Origin: Eledone cirrhosa
Taxonomy: Eukaryota
Direction of reading: 5' to 3'
Length of the DNA stretch: 64,000 bases
NCBI GenBank assembly: GCA_964016885.1
Contig: OZ024743.1
Coordinates: 363,754,001-363,818,000 of the forward strand
The notes under the pieces are model-generated. The model saw only the letters and a program-made list of their open reading frames with translations. It had not been told where the DNA came from and made no database searches. A program made the position numbers and the translations under genes. Within the stretch, counting starts at the first letter, position 1, and each line of letters starts with the position of its first letter. Positions 40,886-53,490 of the stretch are shown in pieces.

Positions 40886-41073
40886 AGTGAAAGCCGCCCG
40901 TAGAGTGGTCAGTCGGCACTTTTGATGTGTGCAGAGGACAACCAATGATCTCTCTTACCTTCGAAGTTAATCACCTGTATATATATATTACCTACCTGAA
41001 CACACCGTTCTCTATCACCTTTCCTCCTTCAAATAGTCTTCTCCGCTACCCCCATTTCATTCCTTTGCCTATT

Positions 41074-41106
<33 letters not shown>

Positions 41107-41446
41107 GCTGGATACAACCAGATGCGGTGTTTTTGGCTGTACGTGTCCATTCTCTGACCACCGCTAGCATCAGTAAACCTTTTACTCATCCTTTCCTTCA
41201 ACATATACCTTTTTCAGTTCATCATATACCCAGCCACCGTACACTTCACTCGACCGGAATTGTACAATGGACAATCAATAGTCAAACCGCTCCGCCCCCT
41301 CCACACCAAAAACTCCGCCACAACAACTGGCCGCTAGCTTCTCTTCAAGGGGTTTCGGTTGAGATAACCGGTCTCTTTGCTGCAAAATTTGCGGCTGGAC
41401 TTGTACTATGGTGATATGGATGGTGGTGTCGATTATGGCGATATTT

Positions 41447-44400
41447 GATAGATAGATAGATATATTTCTTTATTAGCCACAAGGGTGCACAACAAAAGGG
41501 ACAAAACAAAGGGGATTTTACATACAATCGTGTAAAAAATATAAAACAAACAATTATAATAATCGAAATCCCCAATAGGGGGGAAGCGCCACAAATGGGT
41601 TGTTTAATACCCAGTCGATAGAACAACCCTCAACTTCAGGAGCGTGTTGTGCAAGTGCTCCTTTCTTCCTTTTGCTCTCTTCTTCAACCTACAGGTTTAT
41701 ATACAGTGAAGGCCCAATCACTCGGGCCATTTTTGCCACATTCACCCACCTTTCAGTAAATTTACTGGAGCGCAGTGCCTCTCTCTCCATTCTAATTCTC
41801 CTTCTAAAGTGGTATCTAAAGAAGGGAATGAGTTGTTGTCCGGAGAGAAAGGCATCTGTCTTCAGTCCTCTCAATCTCGTCCACCATATAACCTCTTTCA
41901 CCATAGCCACTATACAGAGGAAAACCGCCTCTCTTTCGTTTTTGAAAGAAGTTGGCGGTTTGATCCTTTCTATGGACTCGGCAGTCAACTGGATTTGTCC
42001 CATACGCGACAGCAGTTGTTCCGCGTAGTTCCACATGTCGGTTACGCCCGGGAAGTGTACAATTGCGTGCAGGACGGTTTCAATGTCCTGCTCGCATCTT
42101 GGACACGTCCTCTTGGAAGGATCCCTGCCGGGGCATCCGTGCCTGTAGATCTTGTCACGAACTGGTAGAGCTCCTCGGTAGCACTGCCAGGCCAGGGATC
42201 TGTGGAAGTTTCCATAGGTCCTGGGCGGAAAGTCCTACCAAACAGACTGGTGAGCTCATCGTCTTCGACGCTCAGAGTCTCTCCGAGCACGTCGTCGCCC
42301 TTGTAACGTACAATCCCTCTATAGAATGTCGAAGTGGAGTCTCCACTGATTGCTGTGCCCGCTTGCCAGAGGACTGTGAGCGCCTGAGCGCATTCAATGT
42401 GCCAGGCGCCTATCGTTTTCGGTCTTTTCTTGACCCAGGACTGCAGCTCCGTCAGCGAGATGAGCTGCGGGAAAACCTGTCTCACAAACGATGCCCACAC
42501 CGGTTGGGGGTCGGTGAAGAATACCTGGAGATGCCGCAGCCTCAGCGCATTTTTGCGCATCATCAGCCACAGCATTCCCAGCCCTCCGTTGGAAGGGTGC
42601 ACAACATCAGACGGATCTCCTCAGCAGCGGAGCCTGCTTCTTCCACAGAAACTGGAACAGCATGCATTCCATCTTGGCGAGGTGTTCACGGGGACAAGGC
42701 ACGACAGTCAAGCGGTAGTAGATGATGGACGCTATCAAAGTGTTCACCACCTCCGCTCGACCTTTCAAAGACAGTTTGCACTCTGCCCACTTCTGGGTGA
42801 GCGCAAACACCTTGGCCGTGACCTCGTTCCAGTTTTTCTCCACCTGGGGGTCTGGACCGAACCAGACCCCGAGCAATTTCACCGGTCCGTCCGTCCAGCG
42901 TCCAACGACGCTGTCGCACGTCATCGGTTTGCCTCTCCATGTACCGAGTTGCAAACCGACAGACTTGTCTGGGTTTAGTTTTGCTCCCGTCAGCGTTTCG
43001 TATTCTTTCAGTAAGTTGCGGATCACCCCGTATTCTTTCAGTAAGTGCTAGACACCATTACCGTGACGTCGTCGGCATAAGCCGGCACCGCTTTGCGCAG
43101 TCCCGGTTCTAGAGGGATACCCTGCAACAGCTCCAATTTCCGCACTAGTAGCTCTAGACTCAATACATACAGAATGGAGGAGAGACGGCATCCCTGTCGA
43201 ATGGAATGCGTGATTGCTAACGGCTCCGATAGGCAGCCGTTCACTATGACCCTCGAGCAGATGCTGGTGTGCATCGCCTCGATCCAGCCTCTGAAAACGG
43301 GACCGAAACCGGCCACCTTGAGAACCGCATCCAAGTATCGATGGTCCACCCTATCGAATGCCTTAGACTGATCCAAATTGATCAGAGCCCCACCGAAGCC
43401 GAGTTTACTACCTACCCTCTCTATGATGTATCACATGAGGTGGAGGTTGTCGTGTATGGACCTGGTCGGGATTGCACACGTTTGCGCTTTCCCTACCAGG
43501 TTCTCGACAACAAGCGCCAACCTCGTCGCTAGCACCTTGGCCAAAATCTTTAACTCTGTGTTGAGCAGAGTTATGGGCCTGAAGTTGTTAATTTCGTCCC
43601 TCTTGTTCTCGTCTTTCCTGATCAGCGTTACTACGCCCTTGCCTGCAGAACTGAGAATTCTCCCGTTCTGCTGCCAATTGCAGTAGACGGCTTCGAGGAC
43701 GCCAGAGAACAAGTCCGACATGCCTATGTAAAACTCATAGGGTAAACCATCTAGACCGGGTGATTTGCGTTTCCCGCAGCGGCCCAGAGCGTCCCGTATC
43801 TCAGTGTCCTTGATCGGTCTTTCACAGAACTCGGCGTCCATGTTCGAGAGACGCGGCAGGCCGTCGAGGTATGAACTAAAGTCCGTTGCTCCGTTCGGCT
43901 CACCGTCGTTCTGCTCAAACAGTCGCGCAAAGTGCTGCTGAAAGGCCACGCACATTTGCTTGGGGTCAAGTATCACGCGTCCTCAGGGTTCACGTGTACT
44001 TGCTGTACTTCGACGTCCAGGTTCTTCCGAAACATGACAGCCACTCCCCCACCACCTCCTGGCTGACAGAGAGATGCGTAGATCTCAAATATGAGGGTTA
44101 GTTGCTGCCTGTTGTGGATCCTGAACTCGGTAATGGCTATCACATCCATACCGTGTGACCTAAGGTCGTTTAAAAGTTGGCCCTGTTTCCAGGGCATCCC
44201 TAGGCCACTCACATTTACGCTTCCAACTTGTAAACTAGCCATGTTGGTGAAGAAGAGTTGGAGAAAAAGGACGAAAGGTGCACTTACCTTTTCGTTTCCT
44301 GTAGATCGGGTTGTTCAATCTCGAGTTGGGTGCTGGAGGGGGTTTTGGGTGGGGTGGGGAAACATTTTAACAGGACGCGGTTGATGGGTTTCTGGCAGAG

Positions 44401-46030
44401 GTTGCCCACGTTTTGCAAAAATGTTTTCTTCAGGTCACTATAAGTCTCCATAGAAACCCTTATAAGTTTAAGGTGTGGAGACGATTCTGCTTTAACGAAA
44501 GTTTTGCCCTCCGTCTCCACCTTGGGGTTTTGGGAGATACATCTATCAAACTTCTGTTGTTTGTGTTGATGTATGCGTATTGTTGTTTGTGTTTTTGTTG
44601 TGTTGTTATTGTTTGTTGTTCGTTGGGGAGTTTTCTTTTTATGGTGGGTGCTTGTGTTTGGGGTGGTGTTGGTGTTGGTTTTGCTGGTAGGGGAATGTTT
44701 GACTGTGGTGTTGTTTGTGTTGTTGTTTGTGTCTGTGGTTGTGTGTTGGTGTTGGTGATTGGAGTTTTGGGGGTTTTGCGGTGTCTCTTTCTTTGATTTT
44801 TGGTTTTCCGAGGCTCTCCCTCTTCACTTAAAGAAGGAGAAACAGCCTCATCTGTTAATGAATAATCATCGTCAGGGGTGTGGGGTAGGGGTATGTTGTG
44901 TGGTGGTGGTATTTCGGTGTGTGTGTTTGTGGTAGTGTTTGATGGAACGGGATGGGGTGGGGTTGCGTTCTTCTGGGGTGTTGTCTGTGTTTTTTCTGTT
45001 GTTGTTGGTTGAGTGGCTGTTTGTTTTGGTGTGTTTGCTTGTTTCGTGTGTTGTTGTTGCGGTGGTGGTTGTTTTGGTGGTGGTGTTGGTAACAGTGTTT
45101 TCTTTTGTATTAATTTGGTTGAGCGTGTTTGTAAAGAGCAGGAGGCCTTTAGGTGTGTGGTGCTATTGCAACGAAAGCAATGTGGTTTTCATCCCTCAAC
45201 CGAAATGCTGATGTGGCTGTTGCTGTAAACCAGCACTTTTTCTGGTATTTTGGAGATACTTTCCGGGCTCATTTGCACCAGAATCTCCAAATTTGTACCA
45301 GACCACGTGTGCCTGGTTGACTTTTTGATGGAGAGAATGGTGTCTTTTCTCTCCTCTAAAAATCCTGCCAATATCCACCAAATATTAATATTTGGTGGTA
45401 TGTTTGAAACTCTAATTTTGTGTGTCCTTTTTCCCAGTATGTAGGGAAAAGGGTGTATTTTTGTGACAGTATTGACGTCACTGAGTATCTTTGTGCAAGG
45501 GCCTCGCTTTTGAGGAGTACCGAAATACTCCCGTACTGTTTGGCCCTCTGCATAAAGTCAATGTCTGGCAATATCTCCTTCAAGGTTGCCTCAATTTCCC
45601 CTTGACTGAGTAATGCTGGTTGTTTTGTTCATTTGAAACAGTTCTGAAGGTAATTGTCCTTCGAAATGTTTCCAGACGAATTTCTGGGGGTGAGTTTATC
45701 TGAAATCCACCGTTTTCACAGAAAGTGATAAACTCCTTTGCTTCAGAGAGCATCTGTTTCGCATTGGAGATATCGAGATCCTTGAACTCTTGTGCCTTGA
45801 TGACTGTTTGCGCAAAAGTTTTTTTGGTGTTGTTGTATTGTTGTTGTTGTGGTTGTCGGTTTTTCCTTTTGTAGTTGTGTCAATGGTTTTATTTTCTGTT
45901 GTTTTTGGTGTGTGTTGTACACTGTGTGGTTCGATCTTGTTTTTATTTTTGTCTTTTGCCTTCTCGTCAATATCCCATTGGTGTTTGTTTACCTGTCTCT
46001 CTTTCTCCACTCAACTCTTTTTATCCCAAT
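41447..46030 (-). mobile_element. Tx1 LINE copy 9, ORF1 + ORF2 with an ~0.9-kb internal deletion; 3' end with (TCTA)n tail
   Basis: ORF2 start MASLQVGSVNVSGL (44242), KSPGLDG, FRPITLLN, KAFDRVDH, AYADD; ORF1 homologous to 55790..57491; 3' CCCTTGTGGCTAATAAAGAAA. Confidence 0.93.
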
Positions 46031-46154
46031 AACTTAATTTAGTTATTGTATTGCCCTAGCCGGAGGTATCTGGTCTTTAATGCGAAGAAATACCTATGAT
46101 GGCTGGTAGACCACTGATGATGGATAGTCCTGGCTTCTATTTCTAATTCTTTAT

Positions 46155-46306
<152 letters not shown>

Positions 46307-46560
46307 AATGTAGCAAAGATAATACATCAGCAATGTCGTGTTCATCAGAATGTGTCGTTATGCAGACAGCCAGACATACAGACAGATATTATAAGGGCTC
46401 TACGGGGATCGATAACCGGCGCCTAACACCTCTTTAACAAAAGAAAATTGAAAAATAAAAGCTGCAGTTACTATCTTTTGACCGCAAGGAATGTGTAAAT
46501 GTAAGTTTGAAGTCAATCGGAGTAGAAATGTGGATTTGTATAGACTTTGCAAAAACGAGG

Positions 46561-46591
<31 letters not shown>

Positions 46592-46646
46592 ACTACAGTT
46601 GTATACAACTACAGTTGTATAAAACTACTATATAAAACTACAGTTT

Positions 46647-46686
<40 letters not shown>

Positions 46687-46819
46687 TATTACTCTTTTAC
46701 TCTTTTACCTGTTTCAGCCATCCGGCTGAGGCCATGCTATATATTTGTAGTAAGGTTGCATGGATGCGTCAATAGGCGGTATGCCAGTTGAGCACTCTAT
46801 GCTCCTTCGGAGCAGAGTA

Positions 46820-47005
46820 TAATAATTATTTCTACTTTTGGCACAAGGCCAGTAATTATCACAGTGCATTACTGGTACTTTATTTCATCGACCCCGTAAG
46901 GATGAAAGGCAAAGTTAACCTCGGCGGGATTTGAACTCAAACCATAAAGGGCCGTAACTCTTTGCTGCAAAGCATGGCGTCTGACTCTCCACCGATACTG
47001 CCAAT
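46820..47005 (-). mobile_element. tRNA-derived SINE (family A)
   Basis: A/B boxes and central domain as in the other copies. Confidence 0.92.
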
Positions 47006-47183
47006 GGAAAACGAAGAATCAGTGATGCATCGGAACACAATTTATTACGTATTACAATTGTTTCTGAAAGAGGATTTACTTCGAAATCACTAGACGTATC
47101 TGAGGAACTTGCGAATCCAGAGCCAGGTTCGATCCACAAACAGATAAATTGTGTACCGACGCATCACTGATTCTTCGTTTTCC

Positions 47184-47185
<2 letters not shown>
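47004..47185. repeat. ~42-bp inverted repeat enclosing ~95 bp
   Basis: ATGGAAAACGAAGAATCAGTGATGCATCGGAACACAATTTAT and its reverse complement with 2 mismatches. Confidence 0.85.
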
Positions 47186-47261
<76 letters not shown>

Positions 47262-47281
47262 AAGTGCATGAAGATTTCTAG

Positions 47282-47597
47282 GTGTTTCCACTACATATAA
47301 CTGTCTATGGGTAAAAAGCGATTCTCTTGTATTCAATTCTATAACTTTGAAGCTCTGAGCCTGAGCTTTATTTATTGTCATAGCAAAACTGGCTCTAACA
47401 GGAAATTGATGTTTTGAGAATTTGAAAGGCAGCTCGATAGAGGAAGGGGTGAGAGGAATTTTGGGAATAAATATACTTGCTCCTTGGTGATTGCCTCAAA
47501 GGATAGTGACCTCTAAGAGAGGGTTCATCTTCTGTGCCATTGCATAGACCTGATTGGTCCACGTTTCTCAAAAGGATGATGGGAGTTCCAATCTTTT
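47282..47597 (-). pseudogene. Helitron/Pif1 helicase C-terminal fragment
   Basis: LKIGTPII, GLCNGT, QFPVRASFAMTINKAQAQS, FTHRQLYV. Confidence 0.82.
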
Positions 47598-48076
47598 ATA
47601 TTATATATAGATATATATAGATAATTATATATAGATATAGATAATTGTATATAAATGCGTGTGTGTGACTGTGTGTGTTCATGTGTGGTATGTGCGTGTG
47701 TGTATGTACGTGTGTGTGTGTAAACCAGTATTCGAATCGGAGACGCTGGTCGCGAAACATGATCATTGACAACGAAAGCGCAGAGAGAATCCCTTATGGT
47801 TGATTCCCATGCTGTTAGAAATAGAAGTCAGGTTGGTTAGTATACCCGGAATGTTTTTCTTCTATTATGTTATAAAATTAGCATCAATAAACCTTCCTGG
47901 GTATACCATTATTCCATTGATGTAATTACTTTTCGATTGTCACTTTTCGTTTTTGTTTGATAACAACAAACATCTCTTTTATATTATGTATAGATTAACT
48001 ACCAGCACGAGCGCTAATTATATCCAAATTATATACATATATATACATATATATATATATATAATTATCTATAAAA

Positions 48077-48267
48077 GGCGATGGATTGGCAGTATCGATA
48101 GAGGGTCGGACGCCATGCTTTGACGCATAGAGTTACGGCCCTTGCCATTCTGAGTTCAAATCCCGCCGAGGTTAACTTTGCCTTTCATCCTTACCGGGTC
48201 GATAAAATAAAGTACCAGTAATGCACTGGGTAATTGCTGGCCTTGTGCCAAAAGTAGAAACAATTAT
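48077..48267 (+). mobile_element. tRNA-derived SINE (family A) with ~17-bp TSD, inserted at a Helitron 5' end
   Basis: Direct repeat AATTATCTATAAAAGGC at 48063-48079 and 48262-48278. Confidence 0.95.
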
Positions 48268-48824
48268 CTATAAAAGGCAAATTGTTGTTGTTGTGTGTGT
48301 GCATGTTCCATGTTTATACATTTGCACAATTTGAAACCGATTCGACTCAAAGTTTGTAAGAATGTTGTAAATGGTCTAACTTAGGTCAACGACTCTTTAT
48401 TTCATTCACACTCACCCACAATTACGGAAATAATCGATAAAACTAAATACATGACGCTCTACCCCTCTAATACAATCAGAAATCCTCTCTCTACTCCCCT
48501 TCATCAGAGAAAGTTGCAGCATGTATGTAGTTTTATCGAATATAAACATGGAACATGAACACACACACACACACACAACAACAACAATCTGCCTTTTATA
48601 GATAATGATGATCATGATGATGATTAAACTTACAAACTTTAAGAGAGAGAGTGAGAGGGAGAGAGAGAGAGAGAACGTTTGTTTTTGAGTGTGGAACGGT
48701 CAAACATTTATTTACTTCAATGACAAAGCGAACGTATTACATTTCATACACAACAACAAAAACACACACACACACAACAACAATCTGCCTTTTATAGATA
48801 ATGATGATGATTAAACTTACAAAC

Positions 48825-48860
<36 letters not shown>

Positions 48861-49439
48861 TTTGTTTTTAAGTGTGGAACGGTCAAACATTTATTTACTT
48901 CAATGACAAAGAGAACTTATTACATTTCATACGAAACAACAAGTATTCAAAAGCAACAGATAAATTTATTCAACAACAAAAAAAATAGCGAAACATCTAT
49001 CAACGAACGTGGAAGAAAGAAGTATCAGTTCATTTACTATACACAATAATATCCTCTATGAGGTCACTAAACCTGCTAGAAACAGCAGCTAACTCTCTAC
49101 CATATCACACCCCTCCCTACTGTCTTCAATTTAGAAAACACCACATTAGACAGCCATGCAGAACAACTCCATCGCAGCTCTGTTGTTCGGCTGGCATCGT
49201 CTACGCGCGTGTTGCGCAAGTACTGTGAAACAATAAATTTCAACACCTCTTTGCACAGAGATAATATCCATAGGCGAAACTACAATTGTCACTGCTGGCG
49301 CAGCTCCTGCTTCGGCAGTCCAGGTCTGTAATTCATTCACTCAGTGCCTGGCAGACAAAAAAGTGGTTCCATAAAATGGGTGGTGCAACCTAATTTTGGT
49401 AACTTTCTGACCCTGAGCAACGCCGGGCTTTAATGCTAG
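48267..49439 (+). mobile_element. Non-autonomous Helitron (possibly composite)
   Basis: 5' A|TCTATAAAAGGC...(TG)n; 3' CCCTGAGCAACGCCGGG hairpin followed by CTAG|T at 49436-49440. Confidence 0.65.
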
Positions 49440-49459
49440 TATATATATATATATATATA

Positions 49460-49687
49460 TACACACGGGTGTGTATGATTGTGTATAGAAGATTATATTA
49501 ATAAAAGGAATTCCAACTTTGTCTGATTTACTCGTTTTATTTACAATCCTTTAAAATTATAATGATATTATAATGAAATAGTATGGTAGAATATTAGATG
49601 TTAAATGTTTATTGAACAAGTACTTTCATGCTTTCGCAATCTTCAGGTTCATATTCAGTGGTCACAGTGAAGTTTGCAATTTTCAAC
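49460..49687 (-). mobile_element. ~230-bp hammerhead-containing element (Penelope pLTR-like or retrozyme-like), copy 1
   Basis: Reverse complement of 54977-55205 with the same boundaries; (TA)n at its 3' side. Confidence 0.8.
49613..49651 (-). ncRNA. Minimal type I hammerhead ribozyme
   Basis: UGAAC-CUGAAGA-U(UGC GAAA GCA)U-GAAA-GUAC-UU-GUUCA. Confidence 0.75.
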
Positions 49688-49689
49688 CG

Positions 49690-52600
49690 CTGGGTATCAG
49701 ATCTGTTCGCCATGGGTAACCCTACCAGGAAGTAGTTTTCCAGACGGCATAGCTCCAACACCTCCAACACCTGCACCAACATCTATAGCACTTCTTTGTA
49801 GACGATATTGCGTGTCATCCCTTGAGGAGTGTAAGCAAAAAGTCCATTCCTGCTCCCTACGCAGGAACAAGCAACATAAAGTTGGCGATGGGAGAAGCAT
49901 GGCTCCCCCAAATGAATGCCCGCCACCGACAATGTTTGCCCTTGTGACTTGTTAATGGACATGGCAAAACATCGTCTCACCGGGAATTGGGATCGCCGGA
50001 AATCGAACGGGATATCTGACGCCGAGGAGAAAAGGTTCATCCTTGGAATAAAAAATGCTCCCCTCTCCCGCACCCCGTTACAATGGTGGCCTCAATCAAA
50101 TGGGGCGTCAGTGACTTGACGACCATGCGAGTACCGTTGCACTGCTTTGGTGGACGCAAGTTCCTTATTAGTATAATGGGACAGCCAACCCTAAGCTTAA
50201 GAATGGAGGTGGGAGCCCTGGGGGCTCAATGGAATTTATAAGTCAACCGGATAATTAACTATATAGTCGGGGTCTGACGTCCGGTTGATAGATTTGAAGA
50301 TGTGCTCTTTACCGGGAATCTTCTCAATCAGCTGCTCGTTAATAAAATTAACCATAGAATTTTTCGGAGCAAGGATGGCTCTTTCGCTGAGCCAATCGAG
50401 GTTTTTAAAGTTAGATGAGACATTAGGAAAAACTGATTTCCAAAGGTCAGAAGGGCTGTTCACAATGTTGCACAGGGAGTTGATTGCTATGCCGCTCTTG
50501 TCATCCGCAGGGACCCTGCCCTCACCAAGTGCTAAAATGTTCTGAGCAAATGCTCCAGACATGTTGTCAACATGCAAATGAGCACGCATATTTGTGCTCA
50601 GGTACAAACTCTTCACCTGGAGCCACAACATGGAGGACTTAAGGCAAGCACGCACTTCATCAGCTCTTGTCCCTTTGGGGATGACAGGCAGCGTTTGCCG
50701 AAAATCCCCTGATAGCAGAAGGGTTACGTTGTCCAATGCCTCAAGGGCACCCTTGTGTGCCATTCTGCACTTATCCCAAACAATGAGGCAACATTTTTCG
50801 AGAACCAGAGCTTCGTGTGAGCTCTTGCTGATATTGCATGTTGGTGTCTCAGTTTTTACTAAATCCTAGGTGAGTGTAAAGGTTGAATGTGCTGTCCTGC
50901 CTCCCAAAGTAGCAGCGATCCCGGCCAATGCAATTTTTTCTCCTGACGAATCTTAGCGAGAATCAATTTCGTTACAAACGTTTTTCCGGTACCCCAGGAG
51001 CATCGAGAAAGTAAATACCCCCAGTCTGATTTTGAACCGCGTCAATGATAGTCAAATAGGCCAACCTTTGGTCCGACAGAAGTTTGGGCTCTTTTTCCTC
51101 TAAGTATTGGGAAAGAGATTCGATGTCATATGCTGTTTCCTGCAACAAATCCGGGACCAACGTGTTGGCTTCCTCTCTGACGGTTGACGGCAAGCCATGC
51201 GTCGCAAACTCACTCCCACCCATGTCGAGGAGGGCGTTCTCGATATCAATGAGTGCCCTGTTGTAGATAATGTCGCTGTAACCAACTTCCACTGAAGGAT
51301 ACTGCAGATGAGCCAGGCGCAGGAAGTCCTCAGACATGAAGTCTCTGTACTTGACCCATAAAGATTTGGGATCATCCAATTCACACTTTTGAAGCAAAAT
51401 GGCAAAGAGTTCCCGTAGACTTTTAGGTGATTTCAACAAAGCACCCTCTGCTAAAGTGGAATCCCATTGCGAATCATCTTCCAAAAGACCACGCTTAAAG
51501 CAGGCTTCCCGGTACGTATCACATATTTCTCCATGGGCCTACAACTTCATGCAGAAGAAGGCGGAGATGAAAGCACTCGTGCTGACTTGGAGGCACAGTG
51601 TAAACCCTTCCAAGACAGCTGTCACATTTTACACCAGGATGTCTTTCAACAGCCTGACCTGACTTTCTTCGCACCGAAGTGTTTTTCGACCATATAAAGT
51701 AGGATGGAACCTGGGGGTACACAATTGTTTGCGCAAATGTATCGAACTGGCAAAGTTTGAAGAAACCCGTCAGAGTCGTCTCTTTCGAATCGGCGGCCGT
51801 TTGGCGGCGGTTTGGTTCGTAAAGTAAACCCTTTGCCCATTTTCCAAATGTACCGCAAGCTGTACAATGGCGGGTTGCCGTTGGTGTAGGTGTAAACCAA
51901 ATAGGCGCCAAAAAGCTTCATTGCTACTGATGTACCGCCCCGCCAGGTATTCTGTGACCTCGTCCCTGCTATTTTCAGCTTGAAATGCGAACATCGCGGC
52001 ATCAGAGCCCTTATTTACATATTTCCATATGTATTTTATCGACTTGACGGAGTTGCAAAACTCAACGTTGATGTGGGCGTTGAACATCTCCAAGAGAAGC
52101 GGGCAGTAAGGGACCACCCATCTATTGTCGACTTAACCTTCCTTTACTGTTGTGGTGAAACCACCGTTCTCGGGCCGTCTCCGCCTGTACAGGGGGTACC
52201 CGTCGCCACCAGTCTGAGTCTCGTCAACAAACATTTTGGGGTATCCCTTACTGCACGCCCCCCCCCCCTTTCAGACACGTGTGATGCTCATTAGGACCCG
52301 ACGCACAAGGACCATGTTAGCTTTGACGATGTCATGTAATTCCTGTTCAGTTGCTGGGTTAGGGATTTCAGCCGAAATGAAGCTGTCTATGGCATTTGAA
52401 TTGATTTTATCAGCTAACAAAATCAAAATGTGAGCATGTGGCAGCCCACGTTTTTGCCATTCGACGGTGAACATGTCACATTTTACAGCCCCAAATACCT
52501 GACCCTTTTTGATTAAAGCCATGAGTTTAGCCAGTTTCAGTCTGAACACTCTGGCAATGAGGTCATGTCTGTTCGAATAATGTTGCCCAAGAAAAAGTTC

Positions 52601-53242
52601 ACGGGTTATATTCCTATTCATATGTCTATAGCATTAATATGTTATATGAAGTGTTATTTTGCAGGTTGTTATTTGCAATAAGCCGATTTAAAACGCCCCA
52701 GAAAAACCGTATATCAATACGGAACGCCAATAATCTATTATAGAGAGATGGAAGAAAGAAGGAGAGAGTAAAGCTAAGAAACTATAGGGAGGTGTGCCGT
52801 ATGTCAATATGGAACGCCAGTGACTCCCGCAGCAGTTAAATTATAGAGAGGGGGAATAATCTATTATAGAGATAGGGAAGAGCGACGGAGAGAGTAAAGC
52901 TAAGAAACTATAGGGAGGTGTGTAAAACAGTGTTGTCATATAGAGAGTGAAGAGCGACAGAGATAGTAAAGCATTTAAATTATAGAGAGGGGGAATGATC
53001 TATTATAGAGAGAGGGAAGAGCGACGGAGAGGGTAAAGCTAAGAAACTATAAGGAGGTGTGTTAAACCTCAAAGCATGATCGATTTTTGCCCTTATTGTT
53101 GATTGATTTGAAATTTTGTTTCATGACCTTCTCCAGGCCAAAACTAATAATTGTCCCGACATTTAATAGAATCCGTTGGAAATTGTGGACGTGCATACGT
53201 TACAAACCTTAACACACACATCCTCAGCTTTATATATATAGA
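49690..53242 (-). mobile_element. Helitron with RepHel pseudogene; N-terminus deleted and 3' end missing
   Basis: 5' A|TCTATATATATAAAG at 53242; HUH Rep motifs VEWQKRGLPHAHIL and KYVNKG; helicase LDAPG, GDFRQTLPV, RAILAPKN, QFPVRRCFAMSINKSQGQT; subrepeats at 52730-53065. Confidence 0.93.
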
Positions 53243-53244
53243 TA

Positions 53245-53410
53245 CCGTATTTTCCGGCGTCGAAGACGCTACTTTTTTTTCCTAAAATAAATCTCAAAAA
53301 TCTACCATGCATCATGGAGGCCGAAAGTTGTTTATTATTTTCAAATTTTTGGTAGTCAAAATTAGGGTGAGACCTCGAGGACGAAGCGTCTTGGGTGCCG
53401 GTAAATACGG
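53245..53410. mobile_element. MITE, pogo/Tc1-mariner-like
   Basis: 26-bp TIRs CCGTATTTTCCGGCGTCGAAGACGCT, 22/26 match (53245-53270, 53385-53410), in TA context. Confidence 0.8.

Positions 53411-53457
<47 letters not shown>

Positions 53458-53490
<33 letters not shown>

Noticed and set aside
46105-46140. CTGATGA-TGGATAGTCC hammerhead half
   Set aside because: Stem II is plausible but the GAAA/stem III half is absent; at most a truncated remnant
49783-52621. Host PIF1 helicase gene
   Set aside because: Linked to HUH Rep motifs and a Helitron 5' terminus, with multiple frameshifts
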